A stretch of 64,000 nt of DNA from Candidatus Spechtbacterales bacterium (GCA_040879145.1 JBBDKX010000021.1:29256-93255); one strand, 5' to 3'. Counted from the first letter of the stretch, positions 20,572 to 29,312 are shown. Program-made: numbers and translations. The notes: generated from the sequence alone by a model not told the origin.

Positions 20572-21091
20572 CGCCGTCCCGCCGAAAAGTTTTGGGGGCG
20601 AAGCCCAAGCAGGCGGGCAAAAAGGAAGGGGGTTGGGGGGAAGGAATTTTTGCCCGACTGCTTCCGTTCCCGTTCCGTTTGAGAAAAGAAAAAGCGGAAG
20701 GGGGGTTTGGGGGGAATTCCGCTTTTTCTTTACGAAATCAAATTGAGGACAGCCCCGCCACCTGCCCGAATACTTGGAGGGCAGAACACCGCAGAAAAAT
20801 ACTCTTTTCATTAGAAGAAAAAGAAATCCGGCGCGCGCAAAATGAAAAGAGCAAAGAGTATTTTTCTGTGGTGTGGCGAGGTTTCCGAGCCGTGGCGGGG
20901 CTGGCTTCCTTATTGGGGGTTTTCCTCAAAAAAAGTTCGAACATCAATCAAAAAACACCGCCAATTTTCACTTTTTGTGAAATCGTAAGGAATTGCCTCG
21001 GCGCAAAGCGCCTCGGCATGGTATTTTTCCGCAATTTTGAAGGCATTTTTGAAATCCAAAAACAAAGAGCGGTCGGCAATGCGGAAGTTCG
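20572..21091 (-). repeat. 520-bp inverted copy of the island's end-to-end (attP-type) junction
   Basis: 20572-20964 = reverse complement of 10337-10729; 20958-21091 = reverse complement of 22575-22708; the two overlap at the 7-bp core. Confidence 0.92.
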
Positions 21092-21205
21092 CAGAGCGAA
21101 GCTCTGGCAAAATGAAATTTTGCAAACCAATCTTTTTTCTTTCGCTTTCAGCGAAAGGTTGAGCGTATTTTTCTTTGATTGCCCAAAAACTAATTTCAAA
21201 ACAAT

Positions 21206-22819
21206 ATGGACAACATAAATTTACAAACCAAAAAGTTTTTCCTCTATGCCCGTAAATCCACGGACGAACCCGAAAGGCAGGTTTTGAGTATTGAAGCGCA
21301 AATTTTCGAGCTGAAAGAATACGCCCGAAAAGAAAATTTGCAGATCGTCCGTGAATTTGTGGAAAGCAAAACCGCCAAAGAACCCGGGCGAGAAATTTTT
21401 AATGAAATGGTGGCGGGCATAGAGAAAAACGAAGCCGAGGGAATTTTAGCGTGGCACCCTGACCGTCTTGCTCGCAATTCCATAGACGGCGGACGAATAA
21501 TCTATCTTGTAGATACTGGAAAGATCACCACGCTAAAATTTCCAACTTTTTGGTTTGATTCAACTCCACAGGGAAAATTTATGTTGTCCATTGCTTTTGG
21601 GCAATCAAAATACTATGTGGATAATCTTTCGGAAAATATAAAGAGGGGTATTCGCCAGAAATTGCGAAATGGAATTTGGCCCGCTTGGGCGCCACTTGGC
21701 TATATAAACGATAAAAACGCTCGCTGTATCGCTGTGGACAAAGAAAAGGCGAAGTATATCAAGCGGGCTTTTGAAATGTATTCAACTGGCGAATATCCCC
21801 TCGCTCAAATCCGAAAGATTATCAATTCCTTGGGCTTGGTTGGCAAGAAAGGCAAAATGCTTTCCGTCTCAAATTATCAATATATGCTCAAGAACAAAAT
21901 ATATTTTGGCATGATTGAATATAACGGCGAATTGTATGACGGAAAGCATGAACCGATTATCACAAAGAAACTTTTTGATTCTGTTCAAGAAGTGATGATG
22001 AAAAAATCCAAACCGAAAACGCCAAAATTGAAACCGTATGTGTATAGAGGATTTTTCCGTTGCGGAGAGTGTGGCTGTTTCATAACTACCGAAACGCAGA
22101 AAGGTCATAACTACCTGCGATGCACTAAACGGAAAAATCCTTGCACGCAAAAATATGTTCGCGAGGAAATCATCACTTCTCAAATAAAAGAGGAAATCAA
22201 AAAAGTTTCTTTGTCTTCCGCTTGGGCAAACGCTTCAATCAATTATTTTGAAAATGAAAAATTGAAAACCGCCCAAGCGGAAAGCTCTTTTGCCCAAAAG
22301 TCGCGAGATGAGCTTGTGGAAACAGAAACAAAACTTGATCGTTTGCTTGATTTACATTTGGAAGGCAGTTTGTCGCAAACGGAATATGCTACTAAAAAGC
22401 ACAAGCTCATTCTCGCAAAAAAGGATTTGGAAGAAAAAATCTCGTCTTTTGGGCGAAAGAGCAATAATCGGTTCGAACTTGCCATAAACTTCATAAAAGA
22501 AGCCAACCAAGCCGAAAAATACGCTCAACAAGAAAATCCCGAAAGGATTCGGGATTTTCTCAAAAAGATTGGTTCGAACTTCCGCATTGCCGACCGCTCT
22601 TTGTTTTTGGATTTCAAAAATGCCTTCAAAATTGCGGAAAAATACCATGCCGAGGCGCTTTGCGCCGAGGCAATTCCTTACGATTTCACAAAAAGTGAAA
22701 ATTGGCGGAGGGGGTGGGACTCGAACCCACATAGGCTTGCGCCTGCCAGTTTTCAAGACTGGTTCCTTAGCCAATTCGGAGCACCCCTCCTTATTTATTT
22801 TTTCTTCTTTTTACCCTGA
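21206..22819 (+). CDS. Large serine recombinase/integrase
   Basis: YARKST catalytic Ser, DRLARN, recombinase domain, CGECG...LRC...C zinc ribbon, coiled coil; 3' end overlaps tRNA antisense. Confidence 0.95.
   Translation: MDNINLQTKKFFLYARKSTDEPERQVLSIEAQIFELKEYARKENLQIVREFVESKTAKEPGREIFNEMVAGIEKNEAEGILAWHPDRLARNSIDGGRIIYLVDTGKITTLKFPTFWFDSTPQGKFMLSIAFGQSKYYVDNLSENIKRGIRQKLRNGIWPAWAPLGYINDKNARCIAVDKEKAKYIKRAFEMYSTGEYPLAQIRKIINSLGLVGKKGKMLSVSNYQYMLKNKIYFGMIEYNGELYDGKHEPIITKKLFDSVQEVMMKKSKPKTPKLKPYVYRGFFRCGECGCFITTETQKGHNYLRCTKRKNPCTQKYVREEIITSQIKEEIKKVSLSSAWANASINYFENEKLKTAQAESSFAQKSRDELVETETKLDRLLDLHLEGSLSQTEYATKKHKLILAKKDLEEKISSFGRKSNNRFELAINFIKEANQAEKYAQQENPERIRDFLKKIGSNFRIADRSLFLDFKNAFKIAEKYHAEALCAEAIPYDFTKSENWRRGWDSNPHRLAPASFQDWFLSQFGAPLLIYFFFFLP
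22703..22790 (-). tRNA. tRNA-Ser(UGA)
   Basis: GGAGGGG acceptor stem, CCAGT-CTTGAAA-ACTGG anticodon arm, long variable arm, GTTCGAGTC, CCA encoded. Confidence 0.95.
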
Positions 22820-22998
22820 GTTCGTCGAATGGGCCAATCCTTTATCCTCAATCCTTTTCCAAATTTCTTAACAACCACCTTTTGATGCTCTTGCCATTTC
22901 AGTTCGCGCATTAACTCAATAGGGATGTTTATATGGTACATATCCCCTGACTTTTGTATATTCCTTATATTTTCTTCCTCTATCTTTCTTCTTGGCAT
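22795..22998 (-). CDS. AbrB/MazE-type DNA-binding protein
   Basis: IRNIQKSG..YHINIPIELMRELKWQEHQKVVV. Confidence 0.75.
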   Translation of the reverse strand: MPRRKIEEENIRNIQKSGDMYHINIPIELMRELKWQEHQKVVVKKFGKGLRIKDWPIRRTQGKKKKK

Positions 22999-23005
22999 AA
23001 CAAAA

Positions 23006-23045
23006 AAAATAATATTATAAATAGTACTATTTATAATATTATTTT
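23006..23045. terminator. Perfect 40-bp palindrome with U-tract on minus strand (probable original tRNA-Ser(GCU) terminator, or operator)
   Basis: AAAATAATATTATAAATAGT|ACTATTTATAATATTATTTT. Confidence 0.6.
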
Positions 23046-23083
23046 GGCGGTGTATTCTAAAAATAGCTTACTAAGATAAAAAA

Positions 23084-23500
23084 TTATTTATCTTGCTCCG
23101 CCAATAAATTCCTGACCTTTTTCATTGCTTCGGCTAATTGTCGGCGAGTCTCAACCCTTTCTGGGTTATCGTTTTGTTGTTCTGCGTTTTGAGCATCCTG
23201 CACAAGCCAGTCATGAAGAACTTCATCCAAGTAACCCGGGCCATTGAAGCCCGCATCAACATACAGCATGGTTTTAGCGAGGTTAGTTCGATGTTTTAAT
23301 TCATTGCTTCCTTCAGATCGTTTGTCTTCCTGTGCTTGCCACTTGTCAAAAAGCTCGTTTGCATCTTTTACTTCTGCGTTTTCAAAGTCTAAGTCATCAG
23401 GATTTTTAACGCCTTGCTCAACAAATTTCTTATACGCATTAATGACTTCTTCTCTTGTTATTTCTTTTTCTGATTCTGGCGATGGAAATGATTCCTTCAT
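23084..23500 (-). CDS. Hypothetical helical protein
   Basis: Start MKESFPSPE; the longer ORF call overlaps the tRNA. Confidence 0.7.
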   Translation of the reverse strand: MKESFPSPESEKEITREEVINAYKKFVEQGVKNPDDLDFENAEVKDANELFDKWQAQEDKRSEGSNELKHRTNLAKTMLYVDAGFNGPGYLDEVLHDWLVQDAQNAEQQNDNPERVETRRQLAEAMKKVRNLLAEQDK

Positions 23501-23538
23501 ATAAAATATTAGCTTGTTCTGTTTAATTATTGCTGATG

Positions 23539-23623
23539 CGGAGGAGGTGGGATTCGAACCCACGGGCCGCTAACGCGGCACGGTTTAGCAAACCGTCCCA
23601 TTTGACCACTCTGGCACTCCTCC
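23539..23623 (-). tRNA. tRNA-Ser(GCU), no encoded CCA
   Basis: GGAGGAG acceptor stem, ACGGT-TTGCTAA-ACCGT, variable arm, GTTCGAATC. Confidence 0.93.
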
Positions 23624-23643
23624 TATTGTCCCCTGATTATACA

Positions 23644-24642
23644 TTAATTGTTGTATTTTTTCAAATGTTTAGGATTATTACTGCTTATTGTATCAAAATA
23701 AATTTTCATGTCATGCTTACTATCCAAACGCACATCCCGCCCTGCCAGTCTTGGATTTAAGCCAGTATTGCGCATTATTTTGAAAACTGAATTTCTAAGG
23801 GGTTCTGAATAAGATGTAAATGACAGTTTTTTATAAGAGTACTCCTTACTCTTAACTCTATATCTATGAATAAAAATAGAGCCATCTGTGTCAACCAAGC
23901 CCCGCAGGCACGCAATTTCGAAATCTTTATCACCCATTATCCATTTCGGTATATCTACCTGCTTTTTTATTTTATTACCTCTTACTAAACCCAGATTATT
24001 TTCACAAAACCTTACTAACTCTACTCGAGATACCGCATAAATACACGCATTAGCATCTTTTCGTTCGTGAATTCCCACATATACTCCAAACAGATTCTCC
24101 ATTAAATTTTTTACATATACGCCATATTTTTTATCATCTTTACTATGAAGTGTAACTGTAACCTGTTGATTAGATATACCCCCATCCCCTAACATTATTC
24201 CAACAAACTCTGCAAGGCTTTTTGAGTATTTAGGTTTTTTAATTTTTATTGGAGCACTTGTAAGCCCGCTTGACTTAAAACGCCCTTCTTTCTCCCACCA
24301 TTCATACCATTTCTGTTTTCTGTATTTCTCATTTTTTGGCATTTCCCCATACTTACTAATAACAGCCTCCCACCCCAACTTTGCGCCTTCATGCGCATAC
24401 CAATATTTATCTAACATCGTTATATCTTTAGGCCAAGATTGTTTAGATTTCTCACATAAAATTTTCAACGATTTTTCATTTATTAAAAATTTTTCACGTC
24501 GCCAATCTCTAACAGTACGCTCAGACCTACCACACCACTTTGCCATTTGTTCAACTGAAAACTCTTTTTCTATATTTTCTATAAAAGCTTTTTGTTTTCC
24601 TTTTGGAAATCTTATTCTGCTATCTTTAATCTTTTCAGCCAT
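23644..24642 (-). CDS. Free-standing LAGLIDADG-like endonuclease with N-terminal HTH
   Basis: AEFVGIMLGDG and CLRGLVDTDGS motifs. Confidence 0.85.
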   Translation of the reverse strand: MAEKIKDSRIRFPKGKQKAFIENIEKEFSVEQMAKWCGRSERTVRDWRREKFLINEKSLKILCEKSKQSWPKDITMLDKYWYAHEGAKLGWEAVISKYGEMPKNEKYRKQKWYEWWEKEGRFKSSGLTSAPIKIKKPKYSKSLAEFVGIMLGDGGISNQQVTVTLHSKDDKKYGVYVKNLMENLFGVYVGIHERKDANACIYAVSRVELVRFCENNLGLVRGNKIKKQVDIPKWIMGDKDFEIACLRGLVDTDGSIFIHRYRVKSKEYSYKKLSFTSYSEPLRNSVFKIMRNTGLNPRLAGRDVRLDSKHDMKIYFDTISSNNPKHLKKYNN

Positions 24643-24719
24643 ATCTCCATAATACACCATTCTAACACACTTTTCAATGTGCCCTTATAAATATAGACAA
24701 AATACGCTAAAATAAGTAC

Positions 24720-25160
24720 ATGGAAAACTTTAGATGGCAAATATCTAAAAAGGATAGAGCTACCCCTTGGGGCGTATTAAGTATTTTATTTGTTATATCT
24801 TTGGCCGCCGGAGCGTACCAATTATTAACAGAAAACTATTTTGGAGCAGCTCTCTTTGTTGTAGCTCCCGTTATTATGTTTATGGTATCTACACAAGGGC
24901 AAAAGGAATTTTACTGCGAAATAACTGATGAGGGAATAAAAGCAAACAACAAGTTTTACCCCTTTAAAAAATTGAACTTCTTTGCTATAATAGCGGACAG
25001 TTTAATAGTGAAGGTTAAAAAAGAAAAAGATGTTGTTTATATGCCCATACATTTTGAAGACGCGGAATTAATAAGAGAAGTTTTATCTCCGCAGCTAAAA
25101 GAGAAGGAGTACGAAGAGAACTTTTCAGAGATTGTAAACAGGTTTTTAAGGATACACTAA
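24720..25160 (+). CDS. Hypothetical 2-TM protein with PH-like C-terminus
   Basis: Two TMs followed by EITDEGI...YPF. Confidence 0.7.
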   Translation: MENFRWQISKKDRATPWGVLSILFVISLAAGAYQLLTENYFGAALFVVAPVIMFMVSTQGQKEFYCEITDEGIKANNKFYPFKKLNFFAIIADSLIVKVKKEKDVVYMPIHFEDAELIREVLSPQLKEKEYEENFSEIVNRFLRIH

Positions 25161-25162
25161 CT

Positions 25163-25422
25163 GTCCCCGTGGCTTAACAAGACCCCGCACTAAAAATATG
25201 CGCCCGTAGTTCAGCGGATAGAACGCTTCCTTGCGGAGGAAGAGGCCGCAGGTTCAATTCCTGCCGGGCGCACAAATCGCATATTTTAGTGCGGGACATG
25301 TGCCGCGCAACTACAAAGTCGCAGGCGAAGTCCCGTCACCAAAAAAGTATTTTATTTTTGATTGAGCGAAGCGAAAGATATACTTTTTCTGGTGCGGGAT
25401 TCGACTCCTGTCGGGGACGCCA
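25163..25422 (+). pseudogene. Outer, disrupted tRNA-Arg-like gene with two insertions
   Basis: 5' GTCCCCGTGGCTTAAC pairs with 3' TTCGACTCCTGTCGGGGACGCCA; degenerate anticodon arm at ~25303-25325. Confidence 0.7.
25200..25272 (+). tRNA. tRNA-Arg(GCG), nested
   Basis: GCGCCCG/CGGGCGC acceptor stem, CTTCC-TTGCGGA-GGAAG, GCAGG-TTCAATT-CCTGC. Confidence 0.9.
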
Positions 25423-25426
25423 AAAA

Positions 25427-26290
25427 ATGATTTTTATAGCTACAATTGGCGGACTTGCCGCGTTAATATTTTGGGGCTTAAGTGACTACTTTGGAGGTAA
25501 AAGTAGTCAAAATGCAGGACCGCACTTAACAAATATAGTAATACAATTTTCAAGCGTTATAGCATTACTGCCTATTGTCTTGTTTTCAGGTATAGATTTT
25601 AATTTTAACCTTTCCTTTGTTGTGGTCATGGCTATAGCTGCTCTTTTCACTATTGCGTATGTTTCTTTTCTTAAGTCACTACAAATAGGTCCTTATGGTG
25701 TTGCAGCACCCGTTGCGAACAGTTACGCATTAATTACTTTGATAGTTAGTCTTTTAATTTTTAAAACCCAAATTTCCGGTTTACAACTTATAGCATTGAT
25801 TATAATAATTATAGGAGTAATAATGCTTGCGATTGACAAAACAACATTCCATCATAAAAAAATTAAAGGAACTACCGCCTATCTTGCGGGTATCGCAGCC
25901 ATATTTTGGGGAATAGGATTTGCCTTGATGGATACAGTTTTAGGAGACTTTACATGGTATCAATTATTTTTTCTGATATCTCTTTGGATGGTTATATTTG
26001 GGTCTATTTATTACTTGAAAGAACATAAAAAAATTCCAAAGAAAGAGGAGTTGACCACCGAAAAACTAAGGGAAGCCTGGATCGCCGGAATCCTAATTAC
26101 TGTGGGTTCCTCAATATTTTTTATATCACTTGAAAAAACCTTAAGTGTTGCAGTTCCTGCAGTTATAGCATCCGCATCACCGCTGGTTACTTCGTTTACA
26201 GCCTGGGTAAAAGAACAAGAGCGCCTTTCTGTATATAAAAGAATAGGTGCTGTAATAATAGTTATTGGCTTAATGCTTTTAAACGTTTAG
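25427..26290 (+). CDS. EamA/DMT family transporter
   Basis: About 10 TMs in two repeats; start MIFIAT. Confidence 0.88.
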   Translation: MIFIATIGGLAALIFWGLSDYFGGKSSQNAGPHLTNIVIQFSSVIALLPIVLFSGIDFNFNLSFVVVMAIAALFTIAYVSFLKSLQIGPYGVAAPVANSYALITLIVSLLIFKTQISGLQLIALIIIIIGVIMLAIDKTTFHHKKIKGTTAYLAGIAAIFWGIGFALMDTVLGDFTWYQLFFLISLWMVIFGSIYYLKEHKKIPKKEELTTEKLREAWIAGILITVGSSIFFISLEKTLSVAVPAVIASASPLVTSFTAWVKEQERLSVYKRIGAVIIVIGLMLLNV

Positions 26291-26299
26291 CCCGTTTAT

Positions 26300-28411
26300 A
26301 TGAATCTCTCCACTCCAACAGAAGAAATACAGAGGATAGGCTCAGTTTACGCAAAGCGTCTGAAGAAATTAGGGATTGAGAAGGTCCGGGACCTTCTTTT
26401 TCATTTTCCTTCCCGTTATGAGGACTACTCTAAAATAACGTCCATAGCGAATGTAAACCCAGATGATTTTGTAACCATACAGGGCAAAATAGTGCATATA
26501 TCAGAGAGAAACTCATTTAAGAGAAATTTAAAAATTATAGAAGCCGTAATAGAGGATGAAACAGACACAATAAAGGCAGTCTGGTTTAACCAATCTTATG
26601 TAAAAAATCGGCTTGATACCAACTCCCCAGTGCTTTTGGCGGGAAAAGTAACACACGGCAAAGATGGAATTTATCTGTCTAATCCTGCATCCGAAGTAGT
26701 ACGCTTAGACTCTGTCCCTATACATACAGGGCGCATAGTTCCTATATACCCCGAAACAAGGGGGGTAACTTCCAGATGGCTACGGTATATTATTTATAAA
26801 CTCCTGCCACTTGCCGAAAACATAGAGGACCCTATGCCGGAGGAAATTCTAAAAGCTCACGACCTGCTCCCGCTTAAAGACGCTCTATATACTATACATT
26901 TTCCAGCAAATATGGAGATTGCGCAAAAAGCAAAAAGAAGGTTTGAGTTTGAACAGCTTTTTTATGTTCAACTCTCCGCCTTAAAAACCAAACTAGACCT
27001 GCAAAAAGAAAATTCTCCCAAAATTAAAACGGAGGTAGAACTTACCAAAAAATTTGTAAAATCGCTTCCTTTCACTCTTACAGATTCTCAAAAAAAGGCT
27101 TCATGGCAGATATTAAAAGACATGGAAAGAAAAGTGCCTATGAACAGAATGCTGGAGGGAGACGTGGGAAGCGGCAAAACTATTGTAGCGGCTTTAGCAG
27201 CTTTAAATGTTGCAAAAGCAGGGTTTCAAACAGCTTTAATGGCGCCCACAGAAATACTCGCGGAACAGCATTTTAAATCATTAAGTGAACTTTTTAAAAA
27301 TCAAGATATACAAATTGCTCTTTTTACCCGCAGTCACCAAAAAACTACAATACACGAAAAAAAACTAACAAAAGAAACTATAAAAAAAGAGATAGCAACA
27401 GGCGCGGTAGATTTGATTATAGGCACGCATACTCTCGCGCAAGAAAATGTTAAATTTAAAAATTTAGGACTTGTGGTAATAGATGAACAGCACCGCTTCG
27501 GAGTCTCTTATCGAGCGGCGCTTGCCAAAAAAACAGGGCAATCCTCCTCCGCCAAGGCTTCGGCGAGACACGGAAAATCCTCCCCTATCCCCCATCTTTT
27601 GAGCATGACAGCAACTCCGATACCCAGAAGCTTGGCGCTTACAATATATGGAGATCTTGATATATCCCTGCTAAAAGAGATGCCGGAGGGAAGGAAGGAA
27701 ATAATAACAAAAATAGTTCCGCCATCAAAAAGAAACGAAGCATACAAACTTATACAAAAAGAGCTTGATGTGGGAAGACAGGCCTTTTGCATATTCCCCC
27801 TTATTGAAGTTTCAGAAAAACTGGAGGCAAAAGCGGCAAAAGAAGAGTACGAAAAATTATCAAGCGGACCTTTCAAAAATTACAACGTAGGGCTTTTGCA
27901 TGGAAAAATAAAAGCAAAAGAAAAAGAGGAAATAATGCGCGATATGAAGGAAGGTAAAATAGACTTGCTTGTTGCAACATCGGTTGTAGAGGTTGGTATA
28001 GATATTCCAAACGCCACCATAATGATGGTAGATGGCGCCGAACGTTTTGGATTGGCGCAACTGCACCAGTTCCGGGGAAGAGTAGGGCGTGACAAGCACC
28101 AGTCTTACTGCTTCCTCCTAACAGAATCTAACACAGACAGTACAGCGAAACGCCTCCAAGCCTTGACCAAGGCAAAAAACGGCTTTGAGCTTGCTGAATA
28201 CGACCTGAAGTTCCGTGGCGCGGGAGATCTTTACGGTGTGCGCCAAAGCGGAATGCCAGATATCGCTATGGCATCTTTAAGTAATATGGAGCTTATTGAA
28301 GAGACAAGGGATAGCGCGAACAAAATTCTTGAAAAAGATGGTGATTTAAAAAAATGGACAGTACTAAAAGAAATAGTAGAAGAGATGCAAAAGACTATGC
28401 ACTTTGAGTAA
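26300..28411 (+). CDS. recG: ATP-dependent DNA helicase RecG
   Basis: GDVGSGKT, DEQHRFGV, MTATPIPRSL, QLHQFRGRVGR, DLKFRGAG. Confidence 0.97.
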   Translation: MNLSTPTEEIQRIGSVYAKRLKKLGIEKVRDLLFHFPSRYEDYSKITSIANVNPDDFVTIQGKIVHISERNSFKRNLKIIEAVIEDETDTIKAVWFNQSYVKNRLDTNSPVLLAGKVTHGKDGIYLSNPASEVVRLDSVPIHTGRIVPIYPETRGVTSRWLRYIIYKLLPLAENIEDPMPEEILKAHDLLPLKDALYTIHFPANMEIAQKAKRRFEFEQLFYVQLSALKTKLDLQKENSPKIKTEVELTKKFVKSLPFTLTDSQKKASWQILKDMERKVPMNRMLEGDVGSGKTIVAALAALNVAKAGFQTALMAPTEILAEQHFKSLSELFKNQDIQIALFTRSHQKTTIHEKKLTKETIKKEIATGAVDLIIGTHTLAQENVKFKNLGLVVIDEQHRFGVSYRAALAKKTGQSSSAKASARHGKSSPIPHLLSMTATPIPRSLALTIYGDLDISLLKEMPEGRKEIITKIVPPSKRNEAYKLIQKELDVGRQAFCIFPLIEVSEKLEAKAAKEEYEKLSSGPFKNYNVGLLHGKIKAKEKEEIMRDMKEGKIDLLVATSVVEVGIDIPNATIMMVDGAERFGLAQLHQFRGRVGRDKHQSYCFLLTESNTDSTAKRLQALTKAKNGFELAEYDLKFRGAGDLYGVRQSGMPDIAMASLSNMELIEETRDSANKILEKDGDLKKWTVLKEIVEEMQKTMHFE

Positions 28412-28448
28412 ATTGATAAAACTGATAATAGTTGATTCACGCTGAAAA

Positions 28449-28483
28449 CAAAAACGATTGAAGTTAAACTTCAATCGTTTTTA
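28449..28483. terminator. Bidirectional terminator
   Basis: AAAAACGATTGAAG...CTTCAATCGTTTTT. Confidence 0.6.
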
Positions 28484-28560
28484 TAAGTCGTACGCTTTTC
28501 GGCGACTATTGCTAATAAAGTGTGTATATCTCATATATCTTCATTATGAGGTATTGCACT

Positions 28561-29112
28561 TCAAACGAAACTAGAGAGATAAAGCTCTCCCTTTATCTTG
28601 CCCTCTTCTCTCATTTTTATCAGTTTTCCTCTTAAGTCAGGAGTTAGGGATGAGCAGCCTGTAAAATAAGCATCTCCGTTGAATATAATATTGTCGGGTA
28701 TTTCTTTGAGAGATGTGCAGCCTCCAAAATAAGCCCTTCTTTCAAAGGTTGTGTTGTCGGGTATTTCTTTGAGAGATGTGCAGTGCCCAAAATTAGCATC
28801 TCCTTCAAAGGTTGTGTTGTCGGGTATTTCTTTTAATGTTTCCGCATAGGGACTAAAATCTATATTCTTGGACACGATGATCTTCTCTTTTTCTGTATCT
28901 ATTTTAAAATTGGCTTCAATAAATTCTCCCGCCTCCTCTTCGCTGTTACCCAGGTTTTCCCGCGCCCATTGTATGAGTTTTTCTTTTTCTCTTTCTGGGT
29001 TGAACTCCTGTTCTTGAGCGCCACTATCTGCATTATCATATTTTTCTAATTCATCTAGATCTTGAGGATCATCATCCTGAGGCATCGCACCTCCTAGTTT
29101 TTCTATACTCAT
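28561..29112 (-). CDS. Hypothetical protein with 22-aa LRR-like repeats
   Basis: CTSLKEIPDNTTFE repeated about 3 times; 66-bp DNA repeats. Confidence 0.75.
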   Translation of the reverse strand: MSIEKLGGAMPQDDDPQDLDELEKYDNADSGAQEQEFNPEREKEKLIQWARENLGNSEEEAGEFIEANFKIDTEKEKIIVSKNIDFSPYAETLKEIPDNTTFEGDANFGHCTSLKEIPDNTTFERRAYFGGCTSLKEIPDNIIFNGDAYFTGCSSLTPDLRGKLIKMREEGKIKGELYLSSFV

Positions 29113-29246
29113 AATATTAAAATTTAATTCTACTCTTCCATAATACCCCCCCCGACCTAAAAATGCAAGCGTTTTTATACACAAAATTAATCTTAGCTCA
29201 TGAAGCTTTTTAATCTATGCACTATCCGTAAGTTAAATACTCGCCA

Positions 29247-29312
29247 TACAACAAGTACAACCTATTAAAAGAGAGACGGCCGTCTCTCTTTTAATAGGTT
29301 GTACTTGTTGTA
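29247..29312. repeat. Perfect spacerless 66-bp palindrome
   Basis: TACAACAAGTACAACCTATTAAAAGAGAGACGG|CCGTCTCTCTTTTAATAGGTTGTACTTGTTGTA. Confidence 0.95.

Larger units (their letters stand above)
10337..22708. mobile_element. Integrative island at the tRNA-Ser(UGA) 3' end with large serine recombinase and type I R-M cargo
   Basis: TTGGCGG core at 10337-10343 and 22702-22708; recombinase reads into the tRNA; the left end encodes the displaced recombinase C-terminus WRCFLIDVRTFFEENPQ*. Confidence 0.85.

Noticed and set aside
20457-21218. 253-aa ORF and the 71-aa ORF 20910-21125 as independent genes
   Set aside because: They arise from the duplicated junction. The 71-aa ORF is mostly the recombinase 3' copy with a TTG start and no SD, though expression as a small regulator is not excluded.
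25289-25426. N-terminal extension of the EamA ORF
   Set aside because: It overlaps the tRNA remnant; ATG at 25427 gives the normal protein.
28663-28833. 66-bp repeats as DGR template/variable repeats
   Set aside because: They are in-frame protein repeats, differences are not adenine-specific, and no reverse transcriptase is in the window.
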